Positions 10,253-19,813 of a stretch of DNA of 51,149 nucleotides are shown here, piece after piece. Origin of the DNA: Pseudomonadales bacterium. GTDB taxonomy: Bacteria; Pseudomonadota; Gammaproteobacteria; Pseudomonadales; Azotimanducaceae. Each line of letters starts with the position of its first letter. The first letter of the stretch is position 1. Location of the stretch: contig JBFISC010000001.1 of the NCBI GenBank assembly GCA_041608775.1, positions 1 to 51,149 on the forward strand, read 5' to 3'. Both the position numbers and the translations under genes were made by a program. The notes below the pieces were generated by a model that had not been told where the DNA came from, made no database searches, and worked only from the letters and a program-made list of their open reading frames with translations.

Positions 10253-12478
10253 TCAGGGTGAGCAGCAGGTCCAGAGCCGGGCCGTAGGTCGGCGCGATTT
10301 CCAGCGCCAGCAGCAGCGCCCGCTTCGCCTCCTCGATCCGGTCCAGCCGATGATAGGCGTTCGCCAGCCGCAGCTGGGCCGAGGCGCGGTCGTGGGGGTC
10401 CAGGCCCAGGGCGACCGAGAAGTGCTCGAGCGCTTGCTCGTGACGGCCGGCTGCAGCCAGCCGATCGCCGAGACGGGCATGCAGCCCCCCGTCCAGCGGC
10501 TGCGTGCGCGACAGCACCGCCAGCACCTCGATCTCGGCATCCGCTCGGTCCTGAGCCCCATGGCGCTCCGCCAGCCGACCGAGCGCCCAGGGGTCGCGCC
10601 CGCCGCGAGCGAAGTAACGGTTCAGCGTCGCATCCAGCTCGATCGAGTCGCCGAGCTCCGAGGCCGCCCGTGCCAGGGGCACGTAGGCGCTGTCGGGCGC
10701 AACGTAGTCCGGATACAGCGCGACCGCTCGCCGACCGGCGTCCACGGCGTCCGCCCAGCGGGCATCCGCTGCCGCCGCGTGCGCCGCGCGCAGCTTTTCC
10801 TGGAACTCATCCAGAGCCGCCACGATCCCGTCGAACCGCTGCGCGAGGTAGCCGCGAAACATCGCGTCCAGCGCCGCGGGCTCCACGCCGAGCCCGCGGC
10901 GGATCGCCTCGCCGGTGTCGGCGCCGTCCGCATAGGCCGTGAGCATCGACGCGAGGCCGCCCTCGAAGCGGACATCGATGAGCTCGCAGAGCAGGCCGGC
11001 CTGCACGTAGGAAATGCCGATCTGCTGTGGGTAGCGCGGACGCAGAAAACCCTCGTCGAGCTCGGCCACCGGCAGCAGCCGGTCGTCTGCCAGGGCTTCG
11101 AGAAAGCTCACCGGCACCGAACCGGTCGGCGTCGGCCCGTAGCGCCACTCCTCCATCACGCTGACGCCTTCGGAGAACCAGCGCGACACCCGGTTCCCGG
11201 TCGCGCCGAGGGTGTAAACGTGGCCGAGCTCGTGCCAGAGCGCGCTGGCCCAGTCGAAGCCGTCGCCAATGCCTTTCGCCGCCGGGCCGTCCATCACCAC
11301 CACGTCGCCGAACGTGGCCCCGAGGATGCCGAGACCCGGCAGCCCGGCCGTGCGCACCGCGAAGTCGTCATGATGCTCGTAGAGCTCCACGACCACCGGG
11401 CCCGACGGCCGGTAGCCGTAGCGGTCGGCCATGTCGCGGCCGGCGCGCCCGGCCAGCCGCAGCACCTCGGGGGCCAGCGCCGCGGCCTGATGCCGGGGCG
11501 CCCGCATCAGCACACCGGGCTCGCGCACGGTGGCGAACTCCGCATCCAGCAGATCGAGCAGCCGCAGGCTGTTGACGGTGAGCGGGTTGTAGGGATCCCC
11601 GGCGTAGGCGCGCTCCAGGTGCCGGCGAGCGTCCGCCGGCCGGTCGACGCGCAGCAGGTTGATGCCGAGCTCCGCATGGGCCGCCCAATGCTCGGGTTCC
11701 ACCACAACGGCGCGCTCGTAGCTGGCCACGGCTTCGCGGTAGCGACGATTGATGACGAAGTGGTGGCCGGGCACCGCATGGACGTCGCCGAAACGCCCGT
11801 TGACGGCCAGGGCCCGCTCGGTCCAAGGACTCGGCTCGACCTCATCGAGCGCATCCGCAGCCGCCAGCAGCGCAAAAGCGTCGAGTCGCAGCCAGCCGTC
11901 GAGGACGCCGTCGTCGAGCAGGCTGCCGAGCTCGGTTCGCACCGCTGCCGCCTGACCGAGCTCGAGCCGCATGCGGGCGAGCAGCAGATTGGCCTCCGGA
12001 TGCCGGGGCTCCCGCCGGAGCACCCGGGCCAGGTGACCGCGCACGCCGGCCTCGAACCGACCGAGCGACAGCTGCGCCACTCCGAGCAGCGCCTGCACGT
12101 TGTCGGGATCCTGGTCCAGGGCCTCACGCAGCAGCGCCTCGGCATCCGCATCCTGATACACGTCGAGAAACAGTCGGCCCCAGCGGGCGCGCAGGGTGGC
12201 GTCGTCGGGGTCGCGCGCCACCGCCTGGCGGAAGGCGGCGTTGGCTCCGGCGAGATCCCCGGACCGCCACAGCGCCTCCGCGCGGGTCGCGTCGTCGGCA
12301 GCCGTCATCGCGATCCGCCGATAGCAGTCCGCGGCCTCTGGCGCGCCACGCACGGCATCGACGTCGCAGGCCAGAACCGGCCCGCCGGGCGCGCCGGGGG
12401 CCGCCCAGGCAGCGGCGCCGAGCAGCAGCGTCGCCAGCGCGGTCATCCGCAGGCGCTGGGCGCGGGGCCGGCCCCTTG

Positions 12479-13354
12479 TCACGGCGCTTCCCCGCTGCCG
12501 GGTCGCCGCCGGGCCAGCGCGAGCTCCAGCAGCAGCCGCTGCAGCTCCGCGTAGTAGCTGTCGCTGTCCCGGTTGTCCTTGTCGGCACGCAGCGCGTCTA
12601 TGGCGGCTTCGAGGGCGGCGACGCGATCATCGGCCGGGCCGCCCGGCGCGAACACCGGCACGTGTTCCAGCCGCGCCAGAGGCTCCGCGGCCGGTGGTCC
12701 CTGAGTGAGCGGATGCTCGGAAGCCATCTGGTTGGCGTCCGCGTAATGCTCGGCTACCCGGTCTTCGGCGTAGCTGAAAGCCTCCTGCCCGGACACGTAG
12801 CCGTCCTTGTCGAGATCCGCCCCGAGATCCTCCAGCGCGGCGACGAAGTAGCCTGCAAACACGCTGGCGTTGTTCTCCCCGCCGCTGCGGGTCGCGGTCA
12901 TCACGGTACGGCCGGCGCCTGCCAGCACCGGCTGCAGCGCGCCGCTCGCGCTGGTGGCCGCCACCACCAGCTGCCGGGATGCGGGCAGCGCGGTCAGCCA
13001 ATCGGACAGCTCGGCGCCGGTGACATCCGGACCGGGCACGTTGAAGCGGTAGTCGCGGTCATCGAAGCTGCCGTGCCCGATCAGCACCAGCAGCAGCGCG
13101 TCGGCGACCGCCGCGCGCTCGCCGAGCTCGGCGAGCTCCCGCTGCAGCCGCTCCCGACTGGTCATCTCGCCGAGCAGCAGCGTCACATCCCCGCTCACGG
13201 CGCGCAGCGCATCCGCAGCCGCTTTCGCCTGACGCTGGAACGCCACCTCGTAGTGCTCGCTGCCACCGAGCCCGGCGACGATCAGCGCCCGCGTGTCCGC
13301 CCCGGCGCCCAACGCCACGACCAGCCAGAGGCTTCCCGCCAGCGCCGCCCTCAT
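12479..13354 (-). CDS. Secreted C13/caspase-like fold protein with an EF-hand Ca-binding loop
   Basis: The start is set at the ATG at 13354 (MRAALAGSLWLVVALGAGA, signal-like), which overlaps the upstream stop as ATGA. LVLIGHGS is followed 40 residues later by AATSASG, which resembles the His-Gly ... Ala-Cys-Glu-Ser-Gly layout of legumain-type peptidases but has Ser at the Cys position. DLDKDGYVSGQE lies at 12782-12817. Confidence 0.5.
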   Translation of the reverse strand: MRAALAGSLWLVVALGAGADTRALIVAGLGGSEHYEVAFQRQAKAAADALRAVSGDVTLLLGEMTSRERLQRELAELGERAAVADALLLVLIGHGSFDDRDYRFNVPGPDVTGAELSDWLTALPASRQLVVAATSASGALQPVLAGAGRTVMTATRSGGENNASVFAGYFVAALEDLGADLDKDGYVSGQEAFSYAEDRVAEHYADANQMASEHPLTQGPPAAEPLARLEHVPVFAPGGPADDRVAALEAAIDALRADKDNRDSDSYYAELQRLLLELALARRRPGSGEAP

Positions 13355-15573
13355 ATCCGCCCCCACCGCCGCCGCAGCAGCCACTCGGCGGCCTTCAGCA
13401 GCAGCGCCAGGAGAAACGCGGCCGGCATGTTCCACAGCGGCAGTCGTTCGCGCTGGGTCACGCCCGCAGCGGCGAAGCGCAGCGCCGGCGCGATCTGGGC
13501 CACCTCGTCGAGCGCCCAGGCGCGGCCCCCGGTGGCGGCCGCGATCCGCGCCAGCAGGACGCCGTTGCGCACCGGCTGGCGGAACTCCGGGTTCACCCCG
13601 CCGAGCCGGACGAAACGGGTCATGGTCTCGGCAGCGTCGTCGACGCCGACGTCGATCCGGTAAACGCCTGCCACGCCGGGTTCGAGCCGGGCACCGAACA
13701 CCCCCTCCGAGCCTCCGGCGGTGAGCGGCAGCGTCCGGCTATCGCCGGTGGGCCCGGTGACCCGGGCACTGGCACGTACATCGGCTCGGGGCAGGAAGGT
13801 CTCGTCCCGTTCCGTGAGCCGGATGTCGATTCGATCACCGCCGACCTCGACTGCCAGGCTCCGGGGCTGCCGGGCCGATTCCGCCAGCTGCCGCAGCAGC
13901 TGGCGCCAGAACAGCGTGTGCCGCTCGTCCGTCGAGGCCGTGCCCATGCGCCAGCGCCAGGTCGTCGCGGTGGCGAGCACGGCAGAGGTGCCGAGCCCGT
14001 AGGGCTGCACCACGAGCAGCGGCTGCCGCTCCCCGTCCAGCAGCACTTCGAGCAGCGAGCTCGCCGCGGGCTTCAGGGCGCCGAGACGCTGGTAGTCACC
14101 GAGGGCCGGCAGCGTCGACCAGGGATCCCCGCCCTCGGCGTCGAGCAGCTGGGTGGCCGGCGAGCCGGCACCGTCCCGGGTCAGCCGGACCCTGGCACGG
14201 GTCGGCCGGTAGCTGCCGCCGGCGACCCGTTCCAGCCGCACCGGCAGCGCCTGGGCCAGCGGCTTGACGTCCCAGCCGCCGTCCGCCAGCGCCTCCCGGC
14301 CGGCCAGCGCCAGCAGGCTGCCGCCGCGATCGGCGATGAACCGCTCCAGCCGGCCGTGGGCTTCGTCGTCCAGGTAGGTGGCGGCCAGGCTCCCCAGCAC
14401 GATCACGTCATACCCGTAAAGTGCGGCCAGCGAGTCCGGGAACCCGCCCGCCAGCTCGTCGGGATCCGCCACGTCCTGGCGGTAGGTCTTGCGCTCGGTG
14501 GTGCGCAGCCACGAGGTCAACGTCAGCACGTCGTCGCCGGCCAGCGCGCGGCGAAGGAACTTGTACTCCCAGCGGGGTTCGCCTTCGAGGTACAGGATCC
14601 GGCGACGCCGGTCGGCGACGGCCAGCAGCCGCTCCAGCCGGTTGTTCTGCTCCAGGCCGTCCGTCGCCGGCGCGTCGATCTCGAACACCAGCTCGCGAAT
14701 CCCGCCCGGCCCGCTGTCGAAGCTCAGAGCCTGACGGACGCTGGTGGTCCCCGCCGCCAGGCGGATCGGCTCCGCCGCGAGCAGCCGCGCGCCGTCCCGG
14801 ACCCTCAGCATCGCCTCCCCGGCGCCATCGTGACGCACCGTCACCTGAGCGACGACCCGGGTGTTCGGCGTTGCCTCGGCCGGCAGCGACACGTCGGCGA
14901 TCTCCACCTCCCCCGGCAGCGCCGTGGGGCCGAGGGCCACGGTGTGCACCGGCACCCCAGCAGACGCCAGCGCCGACAGCTCAGGGGGCGCAGCGTCGTT
15001 GTCCGCACCGTCGCTGAGCACCACCACCGCGGCCAGCGGCGCGCCGCGAAAGCCAGCCAGCACCTCCTCCAGCGACGCCAGCAGCCGGGACGCCGGCCGG
15101 TCCGGGGCGAGACCGCCGAGCTCGCGCTGCTCCGCGTGGCTGCCGAAGGCGAACGTCGCCACGCGGCCGAGCCCGCCCAGCGCCGGCAGCAGGGTGTCCT
15201 CGATGGCCCCGGACGCCTGCTCGAATCTCGAGCCCGTTCCCGCTTCCGCCGGCAGCCCCATGCTCTCCGACGCGTCCAGCAGCACGGCGATGGAATTCGC
15301 CCCCGGCGTAAGGCTGGTGATCTCCAGGAGCGGTCGAGCCAGCAGCACCAGCACCAGGGCAACGAACCCGAGCTGCAGGCCCCCCAGCAGCAACCGGCGC
15401 GACGGCGTCAGGTCCCGCACCCTGCGCCCGAACAGCGCGCTGCCGAGCAGCACGGCAACCAGCCCGACGACCAGGCCCCAGAGCAGAGGGAACCCTCCGA
15501 ACCACGGCGCGAACACCAGCGTTCCCTGCTCGAACAGCTCGCGGGGATAGTTGAACAGCCACTCGAACATCAC
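13351..15573 (-). CDS. Membrane protein with VWA-like domain and glutamine-amidotransferase-like (class I fold) domain
   Basis: It has N-terminal TM helices and a DASES MIDAS motif at 15262-15276. Later, RILYLEGEPRWEYKFL ... YDVIVLG ... GGSLLAL is typical of the GATase1-like module seen in Bat-type clusters. Confidence 0.6.
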   Translation of the reverse strand: MMFEWLFNYPRELFEQGTLVFAPWFGGFPLLWGLVVGLVAVLLGSALFGRRVRDLTPSRRLLLGGLQLGFVALVLVLLARPLLEITSLTPGANSIAVLLDASESMGLPAEAGTGSRFEQASGAIEDTLLPALGGLGRVATFAFGSHAEQRELGGLAPDRPASRLLASLEEVLAGFRGAPLAAVVVLSDGADNDAAPPELSALASAGVPVHTVALGPTALPGEVEIADVSLPAEATPNTRVVAQVTVRHDGAGEAMLRVRDGARLLAAEPIRLAAGTTSVRQALSFDSGPGGIRELVFEIDAPATDGLEQNNRLERLLAVADRRRRILYLEGEPRWEYKFLRRALAGDDVLTLTSWLRTTERKTYRQDVADPDELAGGFPDSLAALYGYDVIVLGSLAATYLDDEAHGRLERFIADRGGSLLALAGREALADGGWDVKPLAQALPVRLERVAGGSYRPTRARVRLTRDGAGSPATQLLDAEGGDPWSTLPALGDYQRLGALKPAASSLLEVLLDGERQPLLVVQPYGLGTSAVLATATTWRWRMGTASTDERHTLFWRQLLRQLAESARQPRSLAVEVGGDRIDIRLTERDETFLPRADVRASARVTGPTGDSRTLPLTAGGSEGVFGARLEPGVAGVYRIDVGVDDAAETMTRFVRLGGVNPEFRQPVRNGVLLARIAAATGGRAWALDEVAQIAPALRFAAAGVTQRERLPLWNMPAAFLLALLLKAAEWLLRRRWGRI

Positions 15574-15622
15574 GGCCAGGCCCGATGGCCGTCCACCGCC
15601 ACTGCCCGTTCGCGGCCGGCCA

Positions 15623-16486
15623 CTAGTGGCTCATCACGTAGGTGATGACATTGACCGCGAGCCGGTAGGACTGCGTGCTGAAACGCTCGAAGTACCAGTG
15701 CCCGTAGGCCTCGCGCTCCCAACCGTCGGCGATGTCGGTGTTGTGGGTGGCAATCGCCATCAACCTCCCGTCCTCGTCGAAGTAGCCGCGCATGGTCGGC
15801 GTGTCCAGCGACCCCGCCGGCGGTCGATGGGCCCAGGGCGACTCCGCCGTTTCCAGGGAGTAAGCGTCGACGAAGCTGCGTGCGGGTATCTGCGGCATCC
15901 GATCGATCTCGAAGACGATGCGGAACAGGGGGTGCGTGACGTCGACCTCCCGCCAGCCGGTCCGTGGCAGCACCTGGCGCATGAACCGCTCGAAGCTGGC
16001 CCACTCCGCGTCGCCCCAGAAGTCGTCGGCCCAGAGAAAGCCGCCGTTGCCGAGATAATCCCGCAACGCCGCAGTTTCTTCCGCGCTGAAGCGCATGTAG
16101 CCGACGTCGGACATGAACAGCAGCGGGAAGTCGCCGAGATCGGGGTCGGTCAGACGTCGGCGCGCCGGCTGCAGCGCGGCTTCGATTCGGGTGAGCTCGT
16201 TCAGCCGCTTGCCGAGGTTCTGCTCGGCCTGGGGGTAATCGGTCTCCCAGCGCTCCCAGAGCCGGCCTTCGAAGTGATAGTAGGCCTGGCCCATGCCGCC
16301 GATGCTGTCGTAGACGACCCGCGCAATCTGGAACCGGGTGAGGTCGGCGGCCGCAGGCGTGCGACTGCCCGCGCCGGGCTCCGCGGAGTCCGCCTGCGAG
16401 ACAACCGCCGCGGTGATGAGGGGCAGCGCAGCAACCAGGAACCCCGAGATCAGACCACCGCGCCTCCCGATCATGCGCCGCAGCAC
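15623..16486 (-). CDS. DUF4159 domain protein (secreted or anchored)
   Basis: An N-terminal hydrophobic segment is followed by WETDYPQAEQNL, FPLLFMSDVGYMRFSAEE and LRDYLGNGGFLWADDFWG, which match the DUF4159 pattern as I remember it. Confidence 0.7.
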   Translation of the reverse strand: MLRRMIGRRGGLISGFLVAALPLITAAVVSQADSAEPGAGSRTPAAADLTRFQIARVVYDSIGGMGQAYYHFEGRLWERWETDYPQAEQNLGKRLNELTRIEAALQPARRRLTDPDLGDFPLLFMSDVGYMRFSAEETAALRDYLGNGGFLWADDFWGDAEWASFERFMRQVLPRTGWREVDVTHPLFRIVFEIDRMPQIPARSFVDAYSLETAESPWAHRPPAGSLDTPTMRGYFDEDGRLMAIATHNTDIADGWEREAYGHWYFERFSTQSYRLAVNVITYVMSH

Positions 16487-16572
16487 TCCAACTGCCAGGT
16501 CGCTTCGAGGCTACGTCAGCGGCTGATCGATGTATAGCCGATGTCCGACCAACCCCGGACCCCGGCGCGCGG

Positions 16573-16869
16573 TCACCGCCGTGGTCGCCGGACCAGCCAG
16601 GTTGCCGCGGCGAAAGCCGGCAGCACGCCGAGCAGCAGCAGCACCAGCGCGAGGCCCGCGCGCCCGAGAGCCTGCGCGACCCCCAGCTCGCTCACCAGGG
16701 CGCCGAGCAGCAGAAACAGGCCCACGGCGATCACGGCGAACGCGCTGACGAACAGGAGGTAGGCGGAAAAAGGACGCTGCTGCGGGTGCCGCACCCAACC
16801 GACCCAGGGCGCGATGGCAACGAGCACCAGGACGGCGGTGGCAACGGTGATCCAGCTGACGCCCGTCAC
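16573..16869 (-). CDS. Small integral membrane protein (three predicted TM helices), unknown function
   Basis: The 98-aa ORF is very hydrophobic and has a C-terminal RRPRR. It lies on the same strand 86 nt upstream of the DUF4159 gene. No family was recognised. Confidence 0.5.
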   Translation of the reverse strand: MTGVSWITVATAVLVLVAIAPWVGWVRHPQQRPFSAYLLFVSAFAVIAVGLFLLLGALVSELGVAQALGRAGLALVLLLLGVLPAFAAATWLVRRPRR

Positions 16870-16885
16870 CGCACCGCCTCAGGCC

Positions 16886-17074
16886 TCAGGACACGTCGTT
16901 TTCCGACGTCGTGTCCCCCGCCGGGTCGGCGTCAGGCGCATCCGGTCCTGAAGGATCCGGCGCCGGCTCCAACCCCTGCTTCCTCTGCAGGCGCTTGGCA
17001 CGCTTCTCGTCAGCCTTGCGCTTCTTTTCGATCTCCCGCTGGCGCTTGGCGAAAGTGTGCTGATTCCTGGCCAA
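16886..17074 (-). CDS. Small basic protein (62 aa), unknown function
   Basis: The K/R/E-rich N-terminal half (FAKRQREIEKKRKADEKRAKRLQRKQ) is followed by an acidic, proline-rich tail. Third-position G+C is consistent with coding. The TTG start lies 6 nt after the cspA stop and has no obvious SD. Confidence 0.4.
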   Translation of the reverse strand: MARNQHTFAKRQREIEKKRKADEKRAKRLQRKQGLEPAPDPSGPDAPDADPAGDTTSENDVS

Positions 17075-17080
17075 ACCGGG

Positions 17081-17284
17081 TCAGGCCGACTGCAGGTTGC
17101 CGGCGGCCTTCTTGCCGCGTTCTTCGACCACCTCGTAGCTCACCCGCTGACCCTCGGTCAGGGTGCCGAGGCCGGCCTTTTCCACCGCGCTGATGTGAAC
17201 GAACACATCGGAGTCACCGCTCTCCGGCTGAATGAATCCGTAGCCTTTGGTCGCATTGAACCACTTGACCGTACCTGTGGGCAT
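17081..17284 (-). CDS. cspA: Cold-shock protein, CspA family
   Basis: [21 protein letters not shown]...DVFVHISA contains the RNP1 (KGYGFI) and RNP2 (VFVHI) motifs. It is 67 aa. The start is set at the internal ATG at 17284 rather than the track start at 17344. Confidence 0.95.
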   Translation of the reverse strand: MPTGTVKWFNATKGYGFIQPESGDSDVFVHISAVEKAGLGTLTEGQRVSYEVVEERGKKAAGNLQSA

Positions 17285-17614
17285 TTTGAGCCTCCATGAG
17301 TCATTGCTTTGAGCCGTGCGCAATCGGGTCACGGCGCCGAACAATCAGATGTAGTGGGTGACTTGGTACGCTCGTCGGGTCGCGACAGGAGGTAGAAAGG
17401 CAAGCCATTACGTAGATCGCGATCCGACGGTAAGCCATGCCCCTGACAAACGCAAGCCGCGCCGCACCGCGCGGGCAACAGGGTGCCCGACCGTTCCTCA
17501 CAGGTTCCTCCGCACCCTTGCGCGTGCGCCATCGACTCGGCAGCTTGCCGGTGCATTGCCCGGCTCGGCTGTGATACAACCCCATCGAGAGCATTCGCTG
17601 AATCAGGGAAGATC
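17285..17614. promoter_or_regulatory. Divergent intergenic region: cspA leader/promoter and desaturase promoter
   Basis: This 330-bp non-coding gap has visibly lower G+C and lies between the divergently oriented cspA and desaturase genes. Long 5' leaders are typical of cspA genes. No specific boxes could be assigned by eye. Confidence 0.5.
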
Positions 17615-18610
17615 ATGCCAACGGCAGGTTCGGATGCGTATCTGTTCCCTCCGTCGATGAACGGAACCCAGCACGATCTGTCGGCGGCAGGACGCGCCGC
17701 CGTCCAGGCGCTGACGAGCCCGGCGCCCTGGCGCTGGCTGCTGCAATGCGCACGGATCTGGGCCACCGTGGCGCTGCTGATCGTCGCTGCGAAGCTCGCC
17801 GATCACTGGCTCGTGACAACTCTCGCAGTTCTCCTGATCGGCTCCAGGCAGCTGGCCCTCGGCTACCTGATGCACGACCAGGCCCATCACAACGCGTTCC
17901 GCTTCCGCGGCGGCGACCTGCTGGCCAACCTGCTAGCCGCCTACCCGCTGCTGGTGGCCACCACCGAGAAGTACGCCCAGGTGCACCTGAGCCACCACCG
18001 CCACTACTTCACCGACCGCGATCCCGACTTCGTGCGCAAGAATGGGCCGCAGTGGACCTACCCGCAGACGCGGACCGAGCTGGCCAGGACCTTTTTGCGT
18101 GAGTTCCTCGGCCTCAATCTGATCAAGCTCATCAAAGGCAAGACCACGGGAGGCCCAGCCCCGTACCAGCGTCTCGGGGCCATCCCCGTCTGGATACGTC
18201 CCGTCTACTACGCCGGGTGGGCGGTGCTGCTGACCGTGCTCGGCGGCTGGAGCGAATTCCTGGTGTTCTGGCTGCTGCCGCTGCTCACGGTCATGCAGGC
18301 ACTGCTGCGCTGGGAGGCCATCTGCGAGCACCAGTACGGCATCGAAGGGGCGCGGGTCGAAGACACCACCCCTCTGATCGTGCTGCCCTGGTGGCAGCGG
18401 CTGCTGATCCCCGACCTGAACTTCGGCATGCACGTCTACCATCACTACTACCCATCGGTACCCTTCTGCGACCTGCGAAAGGTTCATCGCATCTTCGTCG
18501 CCGAGGGCCTGGTCCACGAGGACCGGGTCTTCCACGGTTACGGCGGCATTCTCAAGAGAGTGCTCGCGCGGGCGCGCCCCGACGGCGCCGTGGAAGCCGC
18601 CAGCGCCTGA
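17615..18610 (+). CDS. Membrane fatty-acid desaturase family protein
   Basis: It has three histidine boxes: HDQAHH, HLSHHRH and HVYHHYYP. The start is set at the ATG at 17615, preceded by AGGGAAG. The track ORF starts at 17483. Confidence 0.85.
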   Translation: MPTAGSDAYLFPPSMNGTQHDLSAAGRAAVQALTSPAPWRWLLQCARIWATVALLIVAAKLADHWLVTTLAVLLIGSRQLALGYLMHDQAHHNAFRFRGGDLLANLLAAYPLLVATTEKYAQVHLSHHRHYFTDRDPDFVRKNGPQWTYPQTRTELARTFLREFLGLNLIKLIKGKTTGGPAPYQRLGAIPVWIRPVYYAGWAVLLTVLGGWSEFLVFWLLPLLTVMQALLRWEAICEHQYGIEGARVEDTTPLIVLPWWQRLLIPDLNFGMHVYHHYYPSVPFCDLRKVHRIFVAEGLVHEDRVFHGYGGILKRVLARARPDGAVEAASA

Positions 18611-18651
18611 ACCGCAGCGGCCGCGATTGGCACAACCCTGCCGATCGGCGC

Positions 18652-19809
18652 TCAGGCCGTGCCGCGGAACCACCACATCACGAGCGCAGCGCTGATCAGC
18701 AGCAGCGCGCCGTTGACCGCGAACGCAGCGGCCTGACTCCAGTAGTCGTAGAGCGCCCCACCGGCCAGCGGTCCCAGTGCCGCGCCCAGGTTTGCGGCGG
18801 CTTCCTTCCAGCCGAACAGACGGCCGCGCTGGCCCGCGGGGGCGAGGTCGGAGAGGAGCGCATCCTGGGCCGGATTCGCCGCGGCCCAGGCGGTCGCGAA
18901 CAGAACGTAGCAGAACGCCACCAGCAGCAGCGACGGCAACCACGGCAGCGTCGCGGAGACCATCGCTGCCGAAGCCATGCCGGCGGCGATAAGCGGCGCG
19001 CGGCCAAACCGGTCGGACCAGCCGCCGGCGTAGCGCGGCAGCACGGCGAACACCAGCCCCGCCGGCAGAAACGCAGCGGCCAGCACGATCACCGACAAGT
19101 CGAACTTGTCCTTGAGGAAGATCAGGTAGATCGGCTCGATCAGCGCGCTGGAAAAGCCGCTCAGCAGCACCACCACCAGCAGCCGCACCTGGACCGGCGT
19201 CAGCCGCAGCGGTTCCGTATCGTTTTGGCGCGGAAACGGCGGCGGTCGAAATCGTCGCAGGGCGAGCACGAACCCGGCGGCGGCTGCCAGCGCGTAACCG
19301 GCGAAAGCCAGTTGCCACGCCCGCTCGAAAGGCAGAAAACCGAGCAGCGTGAAGCCCCAGGTCGCGCCTACCATGCTGCCCCGCACCGAGGTCGCGAGCA
19401 GATGCCCCATGGCCGAGCCCTGGGTCGCAGGCGGGCCGTCGGCGATGATGGTGCGCGCCGACACCCACATCAGCGACGCGCCGATGCCCTGAAGAAACCG
19501 TGCCAGGTAGAAAGCGGACACGCTGTCGGCACCGCTGAACGCGAGCATGGCAAGGGTGTAGAAAGCGAATGCCGAGGCGAAGAACGGTCGTCGGCCGAAC
19601 CGGTCCAGGGCCCAGCCGACCAAGGGCCGGCAGATCAGCATGGTGACCGTGAACACCGTGTACATGCCGCCGATGACGACAGCATCGACCTGCTGCTCGC
19701 GAACATACACGGGCAGGCTGAAGTTCAGATAGACGAACGCGGTCGAGCCGAGGAACACCGGCGCCAGGTATCCGACGCCGCCGCCAGCCGACCCGGCGCG
19801 TTCCTGCAA
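18652..19809 (-). CDS. MFS transporter
   Basis: It is polytopic, with GWALDRFGRRPFF and GWSDRFGRAPLI, the MFS loop 2-3 and 8-9 motifs. It starts 4 nt after the TauD-family stop. Confidence 0.85.
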   Translation of the reverse strand: MQERAGSAGGGVGYLAPVFLGSTAFVYLNFSLPVYVREQQVDAVVIGGMYTVFTVTMLICRPLVGWALDRFGRRPFFASAFAFYTLAMLAFSGADSVSAFYLARFLQGIGASLMWVSARTIIADGPPATQGSAMGHLLATSVRGSMVGATWGFTLLGFLPFERAWQLAFAGYALAAAAGFVLALRRFRPPPFPRQNDTEPLRLTPVQVRLLVVVLLSGFSSALIEPIYLIFLKDKFDLSVIVLAAAFLPAGLVFAVLPRYAGGWSDRFGRAPLIAAGMASAAMVSATLPWLPSLLLVAFCYVLFATAWAAANPAQDALLSDLAPAGQRGRLFGWKEAAANLGAALGPLAGGALYDYWSQAAAFAVNGALLLISAALVMWWFRGTA

Positions 19810-19813
19810 TGGG

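Noticed and set aside
17483-17614. Upstream 44 codons of the desaturase track ORF.
   Set aside because: This stretch is Cys/Arg/Pro-rich and falls in the lower-G+C intergenic region. The ATG at 17615 has an AGGGAAG ribosome-binding site and is followed by a typical desaturase N-terminus.
17933-19468. A 511-aa minus-strand ORF spanning the desaturase and MFS region.
   Set aside because: It overlaps two well-supported genes in other frames or on the other strand, and its translation is Arg/Gly/Ala-rich without motifs.
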